A stretch of DNA of 64,000 bases from Cyanophyceae cyanobacterium (GCA_050331735.1 JBHJGN010000029.1:32001-96000), one strand, 5' to 3'; numbered from the stretch's first letter, positions 44,632-54,794 are shown. Made by a program: numbers and translations. The notes: a model not told the origin generated them from the sequence alone.

Positions 44632-45903
44632 ATGAGTCCAGACCTTTTAGAAAAAACGACGGCGATTAGTTCAGCAGTCGAGTCTTCCTTTGATGCCGAT
44701 CGCTTTGATGCGAACGTGATGAGCACCTACAAACGCTTTCCCATTGCGATTGAACGAGGACAGGGATGCCGACTGTGGGATACCCAAGGACGCGAGTATC
44801 TCGATTTTGTCGCCGGAATTGCCACCTGTACCCTCGGTCACGCACCTCCAGCTTTAATTGAAGCCGTCACCGACCAAATTAATAAACTTCATCACGTTTC
44901 CAATCTCTATTACGTTCCCGAACAGGGACAGCTCGCTCAGTGGATTGTCGCTCATTCCTGTGCCGATCGCGTCTTTTTCTGTAACTCTGGGGCAGAAGCC
45001 AACGAAGCCGCCATCAAACTGATTCGCAAGTATGCCCATACGGTTCTCGATATCGACTCCCCTGTGATTTTAACCGCTCAGGCCAGTTTCCACGGGCGGA
45101 CTCTGGCCACCATTACCGCGACCGGTCAGCCCAAATATCACCAGGGGTTTGAGCCATTGGTGTCTGGGTTTGAGTACGTGCCCTACAACGATATTACGGC
45201 GATCGAGGATGCCATTACCGATATTGACGAAGGCGATCGCCGCGTTGCCGCTATTATGCTCGAACCGCTTCAGGGAGAGGGCGGCGTCCGTCCCGGCGAA
45301 CTCGAGTATTTCTTGCGTTTGCGGAAAATTTGCGATGAAACTGGCATTTTACTGGCCTTTGACGAAGTGCAGGCAGGAGTCGGTCGGACTGGCAAGTTTT
45401 GGGGCTACGAAAATTTAGGAGTAGAACCCGACATTTTCACCAGCGCCAAAGGATTAGCGGGCGGTATTCCCATTGGGGCAATGGCGTGTAAACAGTTTTG
45501 CGATGTGTTTGAGCCCGGTAATCATGCTAGTACCTTCGGCGGTAACCCCCTAGCCTGTCGGGCGGCGTTAGCCGTGTGTCAGACCCTAGAACGGGAGAAT
45601 ATTCTTCAGAATGTACAGGCGCGCGGCGAACAGCTCCGCACTCGGTTGAGAGCGATACAGTCCCGGTATCCGCAGTTGTTTACAGAAGTACGCGGTTGGG
45701 GGCTGATCAACGGCATGCAAATCAGCGAAGAGACCGAGTTAACCTCGATTAAAATTGTTGAAGCAGCCATGACAACAGGTTTACTGATTGCTCCTGCTGG
45801 TCCAAAAGTATTGCGCTTTGTTCCGCCCCTGATTGTGACCTCAGAAGAAGTCGATCGAGCCGCCGAGATTCTGGTAAGGGTAATTGAAGCGGTTGCGCCG
45901 TAG
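44632..45903 (+). CDS. argD: Acetylornithine aminotransferase
   Basis: NSGAEANEAA, FHGRT, DEVQAG, AKGLAGG, HASTFGGNP. Confidence 0.92.
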   Translation: MSPDLLEKTTAISSAVESSFDADRFDANVMSTYKRFPIAIERGQGCRLWDTQGREYLDFVAGIATCTLGHAPPALIEAVTDQINKLHHVSNLYYVPEQGQLAQWIVAHSCADRVFFCNSGAEANEAAIKLIRKYAHTVLDIDSPVILTAQASFHGRTLATITATGQPKYHQGFEPLVSGFEYVPYNDITAIEDAITDIDEGDRRVAAIMLEPLQGEGGVRPGELEYFLRLRKICDETGILLAFDEVQAGVGRTGKFWGYENLGVEPDIFTSAKGLAGGIPIGAMACKQFCDVFEPGNHASTFGGNPLACRAALAVCQTLERENILQNVQARGEQLRTRLRAIQSRYPQLFTEVRGWGLINGMQISEETELTSIKIVEAAMTTGLLIAPAGPKVLRFVPPLIVTSEEVDRAAEILVRVIEAVAP

Positions 45904-46032
45904 GTGCAGGGAATAGGGTAAGGGATAAGGAGGAAAGGAAGTAATTAGTACTTTTGTTCCTTAACCCTGTGTTCGTTGCCCGTCGCGGAGCGACAAATTT
46001 CCCTTTCCCCGTCCCAAAGGGACATTTCCCCT
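45902..46032. repeat. Dispersed MITE/REP-like repeat, copy 2
   Basis: Core GGAAAGGAAGTAATTAGTACTTTTGTTCCTTAACCCT identical to copy 1. Confidence 0.85.
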
Positions 46033-46068
46033 TTAGTAAAATTGGGTTAATTCCTCTATCGATTTGGT

Positions 46069-47571
46069 ATGACGAGTACCTCTAACCCCAAAACAAATAC
46101 TGCCCATACGCGTCCAGCGAGTACCACCGAACATATTCTGACTCTCGCCGACGAGACGCTGCGCTATACGGCCACCGCCGAGTGGCAAACTCTGTTTGAC
46201 AAGGAAAAACCGATTGCCGAACTGTTTCATATTGCCTATCTTGCAGACGAGGTAGATTATTCCCTGCGCCCCATTACCTTTATTTTTAATGGGGGACCGG
46301 GGGCAGCTTCGGCGTATCTGCACATGGGGGCCCTGGGACCAAAACGGGTTTATTTCAACGCAGACGGCAGCTTACCCAAGCCTCCAGTCAAAATTTTAGA
46401 CAATCAGGAAAGCTGGCTGTGCTTTTCGGATTTAGTCTTTGTCGATCCGATTGGCACTGGTTTTAGTCGGGTGCTGCCCCAAGACCAAGAAGAAGATGCA
46501 GCTAAAGAGCAGGAAAAGACAGAAGACAAATTCAAAGAAACCCAGTTCTGGGAAGTCGAGCGCGATCTTAAGTCCTTGGGCGAGTTTATGCAGGGGTTTT
46601 TGTCTCGCAAAAAGCGCTGGCTGTCTCCTATTTTTATTGCGGGAGAAAGTTACGGAGGCTTTCGGGTCGCCAAATTGGCTCGCAAGCTTCAGCAAGATTT
46701 TGGCATCGGTCTTTCAGGAGCGATCTTAATCTCGCCAGCCCTTGAATTTAGTATTTTAGAAGGGGGAGACTACAACCTATCTTATTGGGCCACTCTCATC
46801 CCGTCCTTTGCTGCTGCCGCCGCCTATCATCAACGCGCCAGATGGACCAGCGAACCGGGAGATATTGACGCTCATATCCGCGCTGCTGAAAAATTTACGC
46901 GACAGACCTATATTCCCCTGCTAGCAATGGGAGATACGGCACCAGAAGACGAACGACAAGCCGTCTACCAAACGCTAGCTGACTTGATTGGTTTACCCGT
47001 CAGTTTGATTGAAAAGCACGGCGGTCGAGTGGACCGAGACGTTTTTGCTCGCGAACTTCTTCGCAAGGACAAAAAAATTGTTGGTTTATACGATGCAGCC
47101 ATTACCGCCATCGACCCCTTTCCAAATCGCTCAACCTATGCAGGGAGTGACCCCACTTTAGATGGCCTACAGCGATTATTTACTGGAGGAATCAATCACC
47201 ATCTGCGCGACACGCTTAAGGTTGAGACTGATTTAAGCTATCATCTGCTCAATTTTGACATTTTTAAGGAATGGAAGTTTGAGCTCAAAACCGATTTCAA
47301 GCAGGGGTATATTGGCGCGGTAGACGATTTGCGCGTTGGAATGACGCTAAATCCATACATGAAAGTATTAATTACTCACGGCATTTTTGATTTAGTCACA
47401 ACTTACTTTGCTTCCAGCCATTTAGCGGCGCTGATGAAGCTGGCGACCGAGGTGCGCCCAAACTTATTTCTCATGAATTACCGTGGTGGACATATGTTCT
47501 ACACCTGGGACGAATCTCGCCGCCAGTGGTTTGAGCAGATGCAGGCTTTTTATCAATTAGCACTAGGTTAG
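46069..47571 (+). CDS. Serine carboxypeptidase (S10 family)
   Basis: FNGGPGAAS, DPIGTGFS, GESYGG, GGHMFY. Confidence 0.92.
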   Translation: MTSTSNPKTNTAHTRPASTTEHILTLADETLRYTATAEWQTLFDKEKPIAELFHIAYLADEVDYSLRPITFIFNGGPGAASAYLHMGALGPKRVYFNADGSLPKPPVKILDNQESWLCFSDLVFVDPIGTGFSRVLPQDQEEDAAKEQEKTEDKFKETQFWEVERDLKSLGEFMQGFLSRKKRWLSPIFIAGESYGGFRVAKLARKLQQDFGIGLSGAILISPALEFSILEGGDYNLSYWATLIPSFAAAAAYHQRARWTSEPGDIDAHIRAAEKFTRQTYIPLLAMGDTAPEDERQAVYQTLADLIGLPVSLIEKHGGRVDRDVFARELLRKDKKIVGLYDAAITAIDPFPNRSTYAGSDPTLDGLQRLFTGGINHHLRDTLKVETDLSYHLLNFDIFKEWKFELKTDFKQGYIGAVDDLRVGMTLNPYMKVLITHGIFDLVTTYFASSHLAALMKLATEVRPNLFLMNYRGGHMFYTWDESRRQWFEQMQAFYQLALG

Positions 47572-47593
47572 AGGACACGTGGAAAGCACTCCT

Positions 47594-47792
47594 AGGCGCG
47601 GGGAAAGGGCAAAGTTGCTCCGCAACGGGAAAAGGGGAAGGGGGAAAGGGCAAAGGGGGGGAATGAATTAGCTTGTTCTTTAACCCCATGTTCTGTTTCC
47701 GTTGCAAGCGCGACAGTTTTTCCTGTCTTGGTGCGCTACCCCGTTCCGTAGGAACGATTTCCCCTTTCCCCGTCCCACACCGGACTTCTCCT
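47594..47792. repeat. Dispersed MITE/REP-like repeat, copy 3 (diverged)
   Basis: AGGCGCGGGGAAAG start, AATTAG...TTGTTCTTTAACCC core, mini-hairpins. Confidence 0.8.
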
Positions 47793-48154
47793 CATGAAAT
47801 AGCAACTGGCACTTCTGTACGACGTTCTAAATTTAAAGTGAGATTTTCATCGCTGCGATGAGCTTCCCATCTTCCAGAATCAAAGTCTAGCTGCCAGTGG
47901 CCTTGCATGTAGTCTTCACTTTCTGCAATCGTGCCACTGTAGCGAACTGAATGGCGCAACCCCCCTAAGTACTGCTTAGTAAAAGTCACTCGTCTGCCAA
48001 TTACCTCGCCGACTAAGGAAGCTTCTCCCAAATACCCATCATCAAGAACTCTTCCGCTGAGAGTATTGCCTCCTTGAACGAGGGTAAATTCAAAACGGGT
48101 TGGCAACTCTCGCTGCCAGTAAGTTCCAAGCCATGTTCCGCTGAGATCTGCCAT
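47792..48154 (-). CDS. Hypothetical beta-rich protein
   Basis: MADLSGTWLGTYWQ...FTKQY...GRWEA. Confidence 0.75.
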   Translation of the reverse strand: MADLSGTWLGTYWQRELPTRFEFTLVQGGNTLSGRVLDDGYLGEASLVGEVIGRRVTFTKQYLGGLRHSVRYSGTIAESEDYMQGHWQLDFDSGRWEAHRSDENLTLNLERRTEVPVAIS

Positions 48155-48263
48155 GAACCAATCGAGCCTGTCTCTTTAATAGATTGTACAGAGATTTTGA
48201 ATAGCAATTTCAGTTCCTGTGCTTTCACAACTGGGTAAGCGCCTCTTCCCAAAACAGCATACG

Positions 48264-48305
48264 GTGTTTGAAGTTACAGATTTTCCTCGGCGTACTTGTT
48301 ATAAC
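48264..48305 (+). promoter_or_regulatory. Putative NtcA-activated promoter (variant)
   Basis: GTG-N8-TAC (48264-48277), N22, TATAAC. Confidence 0.45.
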
Positions 48306-48373
48306 GAGTTTGTGTACACTTGGCTGTTAAGTTTAAGCCGTAGACCAGCTTGTTTAAATTCACCCCCTCAACC

Positions 48374-49276
48374 ATGGAACACACCTCAATCCAGCTTACA
48401 GAGCAGCAAATTTCTCAGTTTCGACACGATGGGTTTTTAATCTTAGAAAATCTGATTCCCCAAGAACTGGTTACTCGCTTGGTTGAACGCATTGAGCCTT
48501 TGTTTTCTGGAGACTTTGAAACGGGAATCTATCCCGATGAGTGGCACTGGCGTCCCGGGCTAAGTTTACCCGATGCGACTCGACAGATGTGCAACGTTTG
48601 GAAATGTGACTTAACCGTTGCTAGCGTGGTTCTTTCAGCGGAAATTGGTCGCTTGGTGGCAACTCTGTCGGGCTGGCAAGGGGCACGGATTGGACAGGAC
48701 TGCCTATGGATGAAAACTTTAGGGAGCAAAGAAGTAGCCCTACATCAAGACGCAACCTATATTAGCTATCTCACGCCGCCTGAAATGACCACCTGCTGGA
48801 TTCCCTTGGATGATACTATTGCTGGGGCAGGAACCCTTGAGTACGCCAAAGGTTCGCATAGGTGGCCCCTTCAAAAAGAAGCCGGAGAGTTTCATGCTCC
48901 CGCATCTTCTTATCGATTGTCGATGGAACGAGCCGCCGCTCAAGCCGGAGTCGATTGGCCTGAAATTGTGTACGTGGAAATTCCTGCCGGAGGCTGTGTG
49001 ATCCATCATGGCAACGTGTGGCATGGTTCGGGAAAGAACACTCATCCTGAAAAAGTGCGCCGTAGCTTGAGCATTCATCTGCTTTCTTCAGAAACCCAAT
49101 TTGCTTCTACAGGAGTTGGCTACATCTATGGACGCTACAAACGAGTGGGAGATACGACGATGGATGAAAGTTTCTTCCCAATTTTGTGGACTCAGGACGG
49201 GTGCCGAACTCAGTTTCTAGAAAACTACTGCCAAGATGCTTTATCAGCAGCACCTCGTCTGGAATTAATTAGCTAA
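48374..49276 (+). CDS. PhyH-family Fe(II)/2-oxoglutarate dioxygenase
   Basis: LHQD...CWIPLD...WHGSG...RRSL; likely start ATG 48374. Confidence 0.9.
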   Translation: MEHTSIQLTEQQISQFRHDGFLILENLIPQELVTRLVERIEPLFSGDFETGIYPDEWHWRPGLSLPDATRQMCNVWKCDLTVASVVLSAEIGRLVATLSGWQGARIGQDCLWMKTLGSKEVALHQDATYISYLTPPEMTTCWIPLDDTIAGAGTLEYAKGSHRWPLQKEAGEFHAPASSYRLSMERAAAQAGVDWPEIVYVEIPAGGCVIHHGNVWHGSGKNTHPEKVRRSLSIHLLSSETQFASTGVGYIYGRYKRVGDTTMDESFFPILWTQDGCRTQFLENYCQDALSAAPRLELIS

Positions 49277-49682
49277 TCAAAATAGCAAATTTTATAGCGA
49301 TGTGGTTTCGTATTCATGGTTGAGTTTGTTGATTATTGATAGTTCATTGTTTTTTGAAATCTCAAGTTGATTTCCTGAGCAATTCAGAGAAGAAAGAGGT
49401 GGTAAAAATGTTTTTACCATTGAGAAGTCTTTACCGTTTATTGCCAAAAAACTCAATCGAACCAAATTTTATCTCTATTAAGCTAACGGCAAAGCATTAA
49501 CTTCAAGTCGAATTACACAAAGCTGTAATTTAAAAAAGCATTAGAGCGGCTGTTGAAACAATAATTTGCTGTCTAACTATATCTTTTGGCGATCAACAAC
49601 GAGAGCTCGGTTTCCTACTTTCATTCAACTTTAGAAGTAGGCATTACTGCAACCGAAACTCCTTCTGATTTGGGTATAGTTT

Positions 49683-49724
49683 GTAGTGATAGTTACAAAA
49701 CTTTTAATAAAAATACTGCAATCT
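49683..49724 (+). promoter_or_regulatory. NtcA site / class II promoter upstream of amt
   Basis: TGTA-GTGATAGT-TACA (GTA-N8-TAC 49683-49696), N22, CAATCT. Confidence 0.75.
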
Positions 49725-49796
49725 GTTTACATTCAACGGTCTTACTGTCAGGCCAACTAAAAGTAATTTAAAACGAACATTCACAAAATAAAATCG

Positions 49797-51218
49797 ATGG
49801 ATCCTGAAGTTCAAGAATTCTTAGGAACATTTGTTTCAGAGTCCTACTATTACTGGGCTTCTGTATTTATGCTGTTGATTCATGCTGGCTTCCTCGCCTA
49901 CGAAGGGGGGGCCTCCCGCACCAAAAACGTGCTAGCAACAATGGTTAAAAACCTGCTCACTCTCTCTAGTGTGGGACTAACGTTTTTCTTCTTCGGGTGG
50001 TGGGTGTACAACGGCTTCCCACTCTTTCCAGTAGCGGGAGGAATTATTGGTCCCTGGACGAACCCAGATACCAGTGAGTTAGTCGCCGAGTTAAAAGGAC
50101 TGGCGGATGCTTCTTATCCCTGGTCTGAAGCGATGGGCCCTAATACAGCAGACAACTTAACCGGGGTATTCTTCTTTGCCTTTGCCCTGTTTTCGATGAC
50201 CACGGCCTCCATTCTCTCTGGGGCGGTGATTGAGCGGATTAAGGTAGGAGCCTATATCATTCTCTCCGTCGTTCTAGGCTCATTTACCTGGGTGGTAGCC
50301 GCCGCTTGGGGATGGCACTATGCAGGCTGGTATTTTACGGCCCTGGGCTATCACGATTTTGGCTGTTCGGCGGTGCTTCACGCCGTTTCTGGTTTTTTTG
50401 CTCTCGGGGTGCTGATCAATTTAGGAGCGCGGATTGGCAAGTATGACGAACAGGGAAGACCTAGACCAATCCTTCCCCACAACTTACCGCTCACCATGCT
50501 TGGCTTAATGCTGATCTTTGTGGGCTTCTACGCCTTTTTGGCCGCCTGCGTGATCTTCGTTCCGGGACAAACGGTGGAGACGACGATCTACGGAACACCA
50601 ATGACGCTGGCTTCTATTGGGGTGAATACAACTCTAGCTCTAGCCTCTGGCATTATTGGAGCCTATATTGGTTCTAAAGCAGACCCGTTTTTTACCATTT
50701 CTGGAGGACTGGCAGGGATTATTACCGTTGGGGCAGGGCTTGACCTGTATCATCCAGCGCTCATTATTGTGCTGGCGTTTGCTGGTGCTTGGGTGATGCC
50801 GAAAGTGGCGATCGCTCTTGAAAAATCAGGCATTGATGATGCCGTTGGGGCTTTTGCTGTACACGGTTTCTGCGGCTTAATCGGAGCCATTTTGCCCGGA
50901 TTCTTTGCCTACGGCTACCCGCAAGCTGAGGGTGTTCCGGTGATTAACCCCATCGGTCAGATCGTGCCTGCGCTCATCTGCGCTGTTATTTTGGGCTTTA
51001 TTCCCGGATACGTCACCAGCTTTGTGCTCAAGAAAATGGGGTTACTGAGGGTTTCTCGCGCCGAAGAACTAGAAGGTCTCGATCTAGCCGATCTTGGTGT
51101 AGAAGGCTATCCAGAGTACAGCATGACCTGGCAAACAGAAGCCATCGAACCGCCCCATGCTGCTGCCCCAGTAGGAGGTGCGATGAGTCAACAGCCCGGT
51201 ACAGCCGGAATAGAATAG
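49797..51218 (+). CDS. amt: Divergent Amt-family transporter
   Basis: SGAVIER, HDFGCSAVLH, PHNLP, DDAVGAFAVHG, EELEGLD. Confidence 0.9.
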   Translation: MDPEVQEFLGTFVSESYYYWASVFMLLIHAGFLAYEGGASRTKNVLATMVKNLLTLSSVGLTFFFFGWWVYNGFPLFPVAGGIIGPWTNPDTSELVAELKGLADASYPWSEAMGPNTADNLTGVFFFAFALFSMTTASILSGAVIERIKVGAYIILSVVLGSFTWVVAAAWGWHYAGWYFTALGYHDFGCSAVLHAVSGFFALGVLINLGARIGKYDEQGRPRPILPHNLPLTMLGLMLIFVGFYAFLAACVIFVPGQTVETTIYGTPMTLASIGVNTTLALASGIIGAYIGSKADPFFTISGGLAGIITVGAGLDLYHPALIIVLAFAGAWVMPKVAIALEKSGIDDAVGAFAVHGFCGLIGAILPGFFAYGYPQAEGVPVINPIGQIVPALICAVILGFIPGYVTSFVLKKMGLLRVSRAEELEGLDLADLGVEGYPEYSMTWQTEAIEPPHAAAPVGGAMSQQPGTAGIE

Positions 51219-51227
51219 GGAGGAACT

Positions 51228-51656
51228 ATGAGCAGTCCGTTTTCAACACCACAAGAGTTTTTAGAAGTGGAAGGCCCTCTATATACCTTCGCCAATAGCC
51301 CGATTTGGATCGCTGTGTTCCTGATTTTGAGCGTGCTGATCTTTCTATGGTTTATCGTGGCTTCTTACGGAACCAAAAGCGGTGAAGGGCGCGGTCCGAA
51401 TCCGACCGTTATGAGTATTTTGCTGATTACCAGTGTGGTATCCCTAGCAGAATCAATTTATACAGCAAGCGTTGAGCGAGTTCGGGAAGAAGCAAGAAGG
51501 GCTCCTACAGCCAGGACTTATTCCAGCAGTCGTCCTAAAAAAACTGCCGCTATTCAAAGAGCTTTACAGCTCCCTGCTACTTTACTTGGGATTAGCTTCG
51601 TCACGGGGGCAACCCAACGACGCAAGCGTTCTCGTCGAATCAAGCGACGACCTTAA
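51228..51656 (+). CDS. Small membrane protein, likely co-transcribed with amt
   Basis: GGAGG RBS, 9 nt after the amt stop, 2 hydrophobic segments, basic tail. Confidence 0.75.
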   Translation: MSSPFSTPQEFLEVEGPLYTFANSPIWIAVFLILSVLIFLWFIVASYGTKSGEGRGPNPTVMSILLITSVVSLAESIYTASVERVREEARRAPTARTYSSSRPKKTAAIQRALQLPATLLGISFVTGATQRRKRSRRIKRRP

Positions 51657-51699
51657 CGTTAGTTGACATACCGCTAATAGAATCGGGCTTCCTTCTTCA

Positions 51700-51728
51700 T
51701 CAAGAGAGATTGTTTCAGTCTCTCTTGA
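51700..51728 (+). terminator. Stem-loop ending the amt operon
   Basis: TCAAGAGAGATTG-TTT-CAGTCTCTCTTGA. Confidence 0.6.
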
Positions 51729-51954
51729 AACTGTTTTAGAGGGTAGTCTATTTTTTAAACTATTTGTAGATGATTCAAAGCTAGACTTATACCAATTAGA
51801 AAAAGTAATAGGAGACTTGATGAGTTGGGGGAAAGGGAAGCACAGCAGCTCTTTGCCCTTGAACCTCCAATTGTTGGTTAGTTTGGGAACTATCTGACTA
51901 CTTTCGGTAAATGGTATTAACTTATGGAAACATATTCGTAGGCAATTAGATACG

Positions 51955-52526
51955 ATGTCCCTAGCACATCATTTTCTAACGATGGCTTACAATAATGCTT
52001 GGGCAAATTATCGCTTGTTGTCAACGTGTTGCGGTCTTAGTCAAGCTGAGTTTGTGGCCACAAGAACCAGTTTTTTTTCCTCAATCAAAGCAACGTTAAA
52101 TCATTTACTAACTGTGAATTGGTTTTATATTGATGCTTTAGAGCGCAGCATAGAGAGAGAACCACTCAACGATGAAACCTGGAGGTTCTTCGAGCACGAA
52201 CCATTTAATACCTGTGCCGAACTACAGCGCGAACAACGACAAACGGATGAACGCTTGATTGAGTTTTGTCGGTCAATAACAGAAGCGTGTCTGACTCAAC
52301 CAGTAAGAATTCCTCGACCAGATTTTGTTCAAACAGAACAGATGTCACGCCTTCTATCACACCTCTTTCAACATCAGATCCATCATCGAGGACAAGTCCA
52401 TGAAATGCTTGCCGAACAGTCCAGCCTCCTCAACTCGATGAGTTCTTTTGTGTGGATGAGGCAAAGTTACGAGAGAGCGATTTTCGGGAGCTTAGTTTTT
52501 CCGAGCAAGAAATTTGGGAGCGTTGA
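51955..52526 (+). pseudogene. DinB-family protein with frameshift near 52414
   Basis: YNNAWAN, TLNHLL, HQIHHRGQVH; the expected tail (TVQPPQLDEFF...EIWER*) lies in another frame. Confidence 0.75.
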
Positions 52527-52568
52527 TACATACCGTTAGCAAGGCTCGAAATTTACTAACCAAAGAGA

Positions 52569-52897
52569 TCAGTAAGAAAACATTGCCACTAGAACTTTAG
52601 CAACTTGTCTCGATTCATTGTCATCTAGGGTTCCTAGACGTTTAATCAACCTAGTTTTGTCGATACTTCTAAGATGGTCAAGGGCAACCTCGCCTTTGCG
52701 TTGCTCAAATTGACCCCCTACCCTTATTGAATATTTTTTCGGGTTGAAGTCAGTGGTGTGATGATTGCTGTTGCACTAGGTTCATTCATCTCATTGGGAG
52801 AGACAATAATACACGGTCTCGTTTTTTTCATTTCCGAACTTTGTGTTGGATCGAGCGTAACAATCCAAACCTCAAATCTTTTTGGATAGGCTACCAC
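52569..52897 (-). pseudogene. PemK/MazF-family toxin split by a 1-nt frameshift
   Basis: Manual translation: VVAYPKRFEVWIVTLDPTQSSEMKKTRPCIIVSPNEMN...PLTST, then frame change at the A6 run to YSIRV...LDHLRSIDKTRLIKRLG. Confidence 0.85.
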
Positions 52898-53151
52898 GTC
52901 CAGTCTTCATTATCTGCACCGTTCATCATCAACTCGTAATCGGGATCGAGCTTGTCATCTCCTTCAGCATGCATTTTCTCAAAAGCCTCCTTCCACCCTT
53001 CTCGAGGATTTTCTGAGATCGGGTCGAGTAGGTACTGACCTTGTTCATTAACTAAAACGGCAAATTGCTGATTGGCTAAAGCAGAATTAAGCGTTACTCT
53101 CCCTCGGTCATCTGCTTTGGTTTTTCCTTTAATAACTTTAAAATCTGCCAT
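52891..53151 (-). CDS. AbrB/MazE-like antitoxin
   Basis: DDRGRVTL, PREGWKEAF and acidic EDWTW tail; overlaps the toxin start. Confidence 0.8.
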   Translation of the reverse strand: MADFKVIKGKTKADDRGRVTLNSALANQQFAVLVNEQGQYLLDPISENPREGWKEAFEKMHAEGDDKLDPDYELMMNGADNEDWTW

Positions 53152-53396
53152 TTTCTTGACCTAGCTTACTTCCCTGAGTTTATCCCATCGATGGGTAGAT
53201 GGGTAAAAGGCTTGGTGTTTTGGGAACTTCTTTGATCTACAGATAACAGGGAGCTTTTGGGCGAGATTATGTTGAAAAGCAATTGCTTCAACGCTTTATT
53301 TGCATATAGAAAATATTTTTGCAACCTTAACTACAAAAAGTCAAAAGAAAAAACTAGCCTAAGAAAAAGATTGGTTAAATTCTAGAGAGTTCTTCA

Positions 53397-53510
53397 ATGT
53401 GCGATCGCGCCCTGCGCTTTCTTGGGTCCATTAAACTCGCTGTTCTCCTCCTTGCCGTTATTACTAGTATCTTCATCTAGGCCACTTTCTCTCAAGCTCA
53501 GGAAGCAGAT
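53397..53510 (+). pseudogene. Possible remnant of a ResB-like cytochrome c biogenesis gene N-terminus
   Basis: MCDRALRFLGSIKLAVLLLAVITSIFI*ATF resembles ResB/Ccs1 first TM; internal TAG at 53478-53480. Confidence 0.45.
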
Positions 53511-53660
53511 TTCAGTAAGGCAGTAGCACCAAATAGAAAATGGGTGAGTCCTCATTTGTTATTCGGAAGTCGGACGTTCAATTGTTTTTCTCCCGACTAA
53601 ATTTGGCAAGAACTATACTGTAGTAGCTAGAACAGCCATTAAAGATTAACTATCAAAACC

Positions 53661-54107
53661 ATGAATCGCCGCGAATTTTTAGGGTGGATCAGCGTTGGCA
53701 TGTTAGCCAGTTCTTTACCTGTCGTGCTTGCTGCCTGCAACTCCAATACTCCAGAAGCTGACACAGAAGCCGCCACGACAGCCGAAATTGATACCTCTGT
53801 CCGCGAAGATGGTTTTCAGGCTGTCGGGACAGTCGAGGAATTAGAGACTGACGGGAGCGTTATCGACAAAATGGCTGATGTCTTGGTTGTCCGCACCTCA
53901 GAAGACGAGCTGGTGGCGGTGAATCCACTGTGCACTCACCAAGGCTGTACCGTTGATTGGGAAACGGATGCAGCCGCTTTTGTCTGCCCTTGTCATGGCT
54001 CTAAATTTGGTCCAACAGGAGAGGTATTGTCCGGTCCGGCCCAAAAACCTTTATCCAGCTACGAGGCTAAAATTGAGGATAATTTAGTGCTGGCAAAGGT
54101 TAGCTAG
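53661..54107 (+). CDS. Small Rieske 2Fe-2S lipoprotein (PetC3-like)
   Basis: Tat motif NRREFL, lipobox LAAC, CTHQGC and CPCHGS. Confidence 0.88.
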   Translation: MNRREFLGWISVGMLASSLPVVLAACNSNTPEADTEAATTAEIDTSVREDGFQAVGTVEELETDGSVIDKMADVLVVRTSEDELVAVNPLCTHQGCTVDWETDAAAFVCPCHGSKFGPTGEVLSGPAQKPLSSYEAKIEDNLVLAKVS

Positions 54108-54143
54108 CACTCTGCCTAAGCTACTTTCCCTTCTGTCTCTTCG

Positions 54144-54794
54144 CTAAGCTAGTCTGTCTGTTATCTCTTTAATGTAGAGTACACAGCTCGATTGAGAATA
54201 AGGAGTATGGAAGGTTCCTGCGGGAAGCTGAAGCCACGTTCCGGCTTGATGCCGACCGTTCTCATCAGCATACTCCCCTGCTAAAACAAATATCTCTCTG
54301 GTTGCTTCCAGCCTCAGCGACTCGGTAAAACCTCGGTGCCAGCGCTCCAGCCGCACTTGTTCTGAAAATCCTGGCTGAGCATAAAGCCGTTTAACGTCCC
54401 GACCGGGAGAAGAAGTCCAAGGCAGCTCGCGCGTGTTGAGACTGAGTTGCTGAAGCTTGGGGCCGCCATACTGTCGCAGCTTCACAAACAGCGTACAGCC
54501 ATCAGGGGAAAAAGGAGCATGGGAAAAGCCTTCTGGATTGAGGAGATAAAAACCCGCCGGATAAGTCCCAAATTCATCGGCAAAGGTTCCCTCCAGCACA
54601 AAAATTTCCTCGCCTTCTGGATGGGGGTGACAAGCAAACACAGAACCAGGAGCGAAGCGGACTACGGAAGTGACCCGTCCAGACTCGACCTCGCCGCTGA
54701 GTTCGAGACGCTTGCGCCACACCCCAGGACTCGGACTCGGCTGCCACTCCATTGTTTGAGTATCGACAACTTTTATGTCAAAAACTTGGTTCAT
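54144..54794 (-). CDS. ChrR-like tandem cupin protein
   Basis: GVWRKRL, HPHPEGEEIFVLEG, LFVKLRQ. Confidence 0.88.
   Translation of the reverse strand: MNQVFDIKVVDTQTMEWQPSPSPGVWRKRLELSGEVESGRVTSVVRFAPGSVFACHPHPEGEEIFVLEGTFADEFGTYPAGFYLLNPEGFSHAPFSPDGCTLFVKLRQYGGPKLQQLSLNTRELPWTSSPGRDVKRLYAQPGFSEQVRLERWHRGFTESLRLEATREIFVLAGEYADENGRHQAGTWLQLPAGTFHTPYSQSSCVLYIKEITDRLA

Noticed and set aside
49586..49771. 61-aa ORF upstream of amt
   Set aside because: TTG start; spans the NtcA promoter
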